Shown: positions 61,615 to 64,000 of the stretch, in pieces
Position numbering within the stretch: the stretch's first letter is position 1
Layout of the letters: the number at the start of each line of letters is the position of its first letter
Source: Ophelia neglecta
Taxonomy: Eukaryota
Length of the DNA: 64,000 nucleotides
NCBI GenBank assembly: GCA_965285935.1
Contig: OZ260663.1
Span: 78,864,001 to 78,928,000 of the forward strand
Reading direction: 5' to 3'
The notes under the pieces: generated by a model
Seen by the model: only the letters and a program-made list of their open reading frames with translations
Database searches by the model: none
Told to the model about the DNA's origin: nothing
Translations under genes and position numbers: made by a program

Positions 61615-63539
61615 TATATTGGCTACATTGGACTGAAGGCATGAACTGAACATGATTTCATTGATTGCAGTGGTGCATCTCAATTTGGAATACTTTGTTG
61701 ATATGCAGGTACTCTGTCCGTAACCATTCTGCTCGTGTATCTAAATCCATGGTCTATACAGTCGTCCGTACCGACGTCTGACCTAGTTGTGTGACTCGCT
61801 CGGTCTTTCAGCCTCGGAGAACAGCACAAGTTTCCAGGCCGTAGTCTGCAACACCCAATTTGTCAGATGGAGTCAACTTAGTACGGTAATAGAACAGCGC
61901 AACGCGTACTCGTCTTATAACACAGCTTTTACTAACTTTCGACACATCATACAGAGTGGTTCGAATATATCTTCTTATTTCCTCGCTAAATTGAATATTG
62001 ATTTTTTAGCCAAATCTTACGGACAGTTATAATTTAATTTAACGACTGACAAGTGAAATGACCACTGAAGTCGGATTCTAGGAGAAAATTATATATATTT
62101 ATGGCTTATCGATTTCCTAACTCAACACTCGCGAAAATTCTTCACGCATGAAGATTCAGGAGACACATACATGTGTAAATGTAATGTTATACTTCCGAGT
62201 GCGTTTGCTTTAAACAATAATAATATAGTGGGCTAAATGTAAAACCAATTCTGGTACCATGGCCATTTCTATAGCTCCAACAGCTAGAACACTTCCGGTA
62301 TATGTCGGTCCATGTTAACTATTTGTCGAGTACCAACGATCTCAAACAAAAGAAGAGTTTCAAAGATCAGATCCTGTTGATCGACGCGTTGCTTAACAAT
62401 AATGAAATGTATCGGAGTTGTTTCTTCATCTCTGAACGGCTCGAACTGATACTGCAATTACCCGGTTGTTGGAATGTAGAGATGACTCTTTCTTCCAGGA
62501 ATCGGGCAAATACCTGGAGCGTAGCAAGGACCTCTTAAATAGTGCGCCAAAATAAAATTATCTGTGATTCATAACAAAAACTGGCAGTTCGATACATGAG
62601 AAAAAAGGTTAAAAGTAATATTTTAGTACATCGCAGATCAGCGGGTTACAAGAATTATTAAAAAGTAAAATAGCACAGAGGATTTACGAAAGAAATATAT
62701 CAAACATTGACGAGAATAAACAGACTTTGAAATTAGCTAACAAATTACAACGACTAGATTACTCTTGATTGACTAGCGAATATATGACGAAGTCCTTTCT
62801 ATATCTTTTGTTTTTTATATTTTGGAAGGGTATAGTTCACTGCGTGTCTCAGATTAAATCTCATGATCTTTTGTTTTGGGATAAAATAGTTTTATTTGGG
62901 ACCATGCTCATATAGAGTCAATTTTTTACACATAATAATAAGGCGATCTGAAAATTGTTTGAGTTAACAATTGTGCACAGCATCATCTTAGGAGTCATGC
63001 GTAAAGTTAGTATAGGAAGTGTACCCCTGATGAATCTATCCAGCGAGTCTGACTCTTTTTTTGGCTAGGACCGAGATGGCGCACGGGACACGTATTCCAT
63101 CAGAGGGCGGATGCTTGTGGTGTTAGTAAGGTCATCAGCATGTCTGATTTTTGCCAAATTTGCATTAAATGGTGCACAATTTCTTGAGACTATGACAGGT
63201 TCTAAAACCAGACACATTTAAACTCCAAAATAAAGCATTCCAGTTGGAAAAGCCCGTTTGCTTTTGATACACAATTCAGGTTTAATATTGTGTGGCCGTA
63301 GGCCTATCATTATAATTAAATCAGTGTCACAAGCCGCGAGTTACTGTCTAACCTCAAGTGATTTGACCTATCTTTTTCATGTGTGGGAAACAAATACCAA
63401 TAAATTTATTGCGTTCATGTATATCAAAGGAGCATTAAAAGTTTGATTAAGCTATATAATTATAGTCCTTTGTGCTATACCAAAATTGTAGATCAATAAG
63501 GATCTATGTGGTTCTAAACCTGCATAAGTGTGAAAAAAG

Positions 63540-63590
63540 GTTTATTTATTTATTTAAATCTTTACCCTGGGACACCCTTTCAGCGCTGCT
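63540..63590 (-). mobile_element. 3' tail remnant of a LINE/SINE
   Basis: The minus strand reads gctgaaagggtgtcccagggtaaagattt followed by (aaat)n. Confidence 0.35.
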
Positions 63591-64000
63591 GTCGATAATT
63601 TAATTGAAAGTTAAAGACTCCCATTTTTCACATTGAACCAGTATATAATCAGGTTTCGCGTTAAACCCCTAAATATTGTTCGACTCGTGGTCCTTTTGAT
63701 TAAAAATTTGCACTTTCAACTGATATTTACAAACTTGGAGCCATGGCAAACTTGAAACCAAGCAGACATTTCAATTCATGCTTAAACAATTCATGATAAA
63801 TTTCGTTTAATAATTACAAGCCAATTCATTATTTTTTCCTGTACGCATCGAAACAGCGGTTAGAAGGTGCTTTTGCGTGCGACTTCGACTCGTGGTCACT
63901 GTAACATATACCAACAGCTCTCTTTAATAAATTTAATTATTATCTTTAATTTTTGTGTCAAAACAATGCAAAACCATAAGTTGGGACTCACTTGTAGCAA

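Noticed and set aside
61760-62540. Hints of transposase relics (WKLVLFSE, YQFEP on the minus strand)
   Set aside because: The motifs are too short and frame-broken to support a call without a search.

Overview
This is eukaryotic (metazoan, most likely invertebrate) genomic DNA; the organism cannot be named from the sequence alone. Three protein-coding genes are supported. (1) The 3' part of TMEM60 (+, <1-292). (2) An 8-exon, 479-aa divergent CDC20/Fizzy-family APC/C activator (+, 9082-13018) with a C-box and an LR tail but a remodelled KEN-receptor surface. (3) A 7-exon, 553-aa minus-strand chromatin gene (38610-15196) combining a SAMD1-type winged helix, a second KAT6-type winged helix, an AT-hook-like motif, a KAT6-type double PHD finger and a SAMD1-type SAM domain, with no MYST acetyltransferase domain. 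Genes 2 and 3 are tail-to-tail. About 10 kb is occupied by four large minisatellite arrays (24, 34, 44 and 54 bp units), which generate most of the long ORFs in the track. The rest holds MITEs, Helentron-like elements, a decayed non-LTR retrotransposon and a 175-N gap. There are no CRISPR arrays, rRNAs or intact tRNAs. Exon structures were spliced and translated by hand; family assignments rest on recalled motifs, not on database searches.
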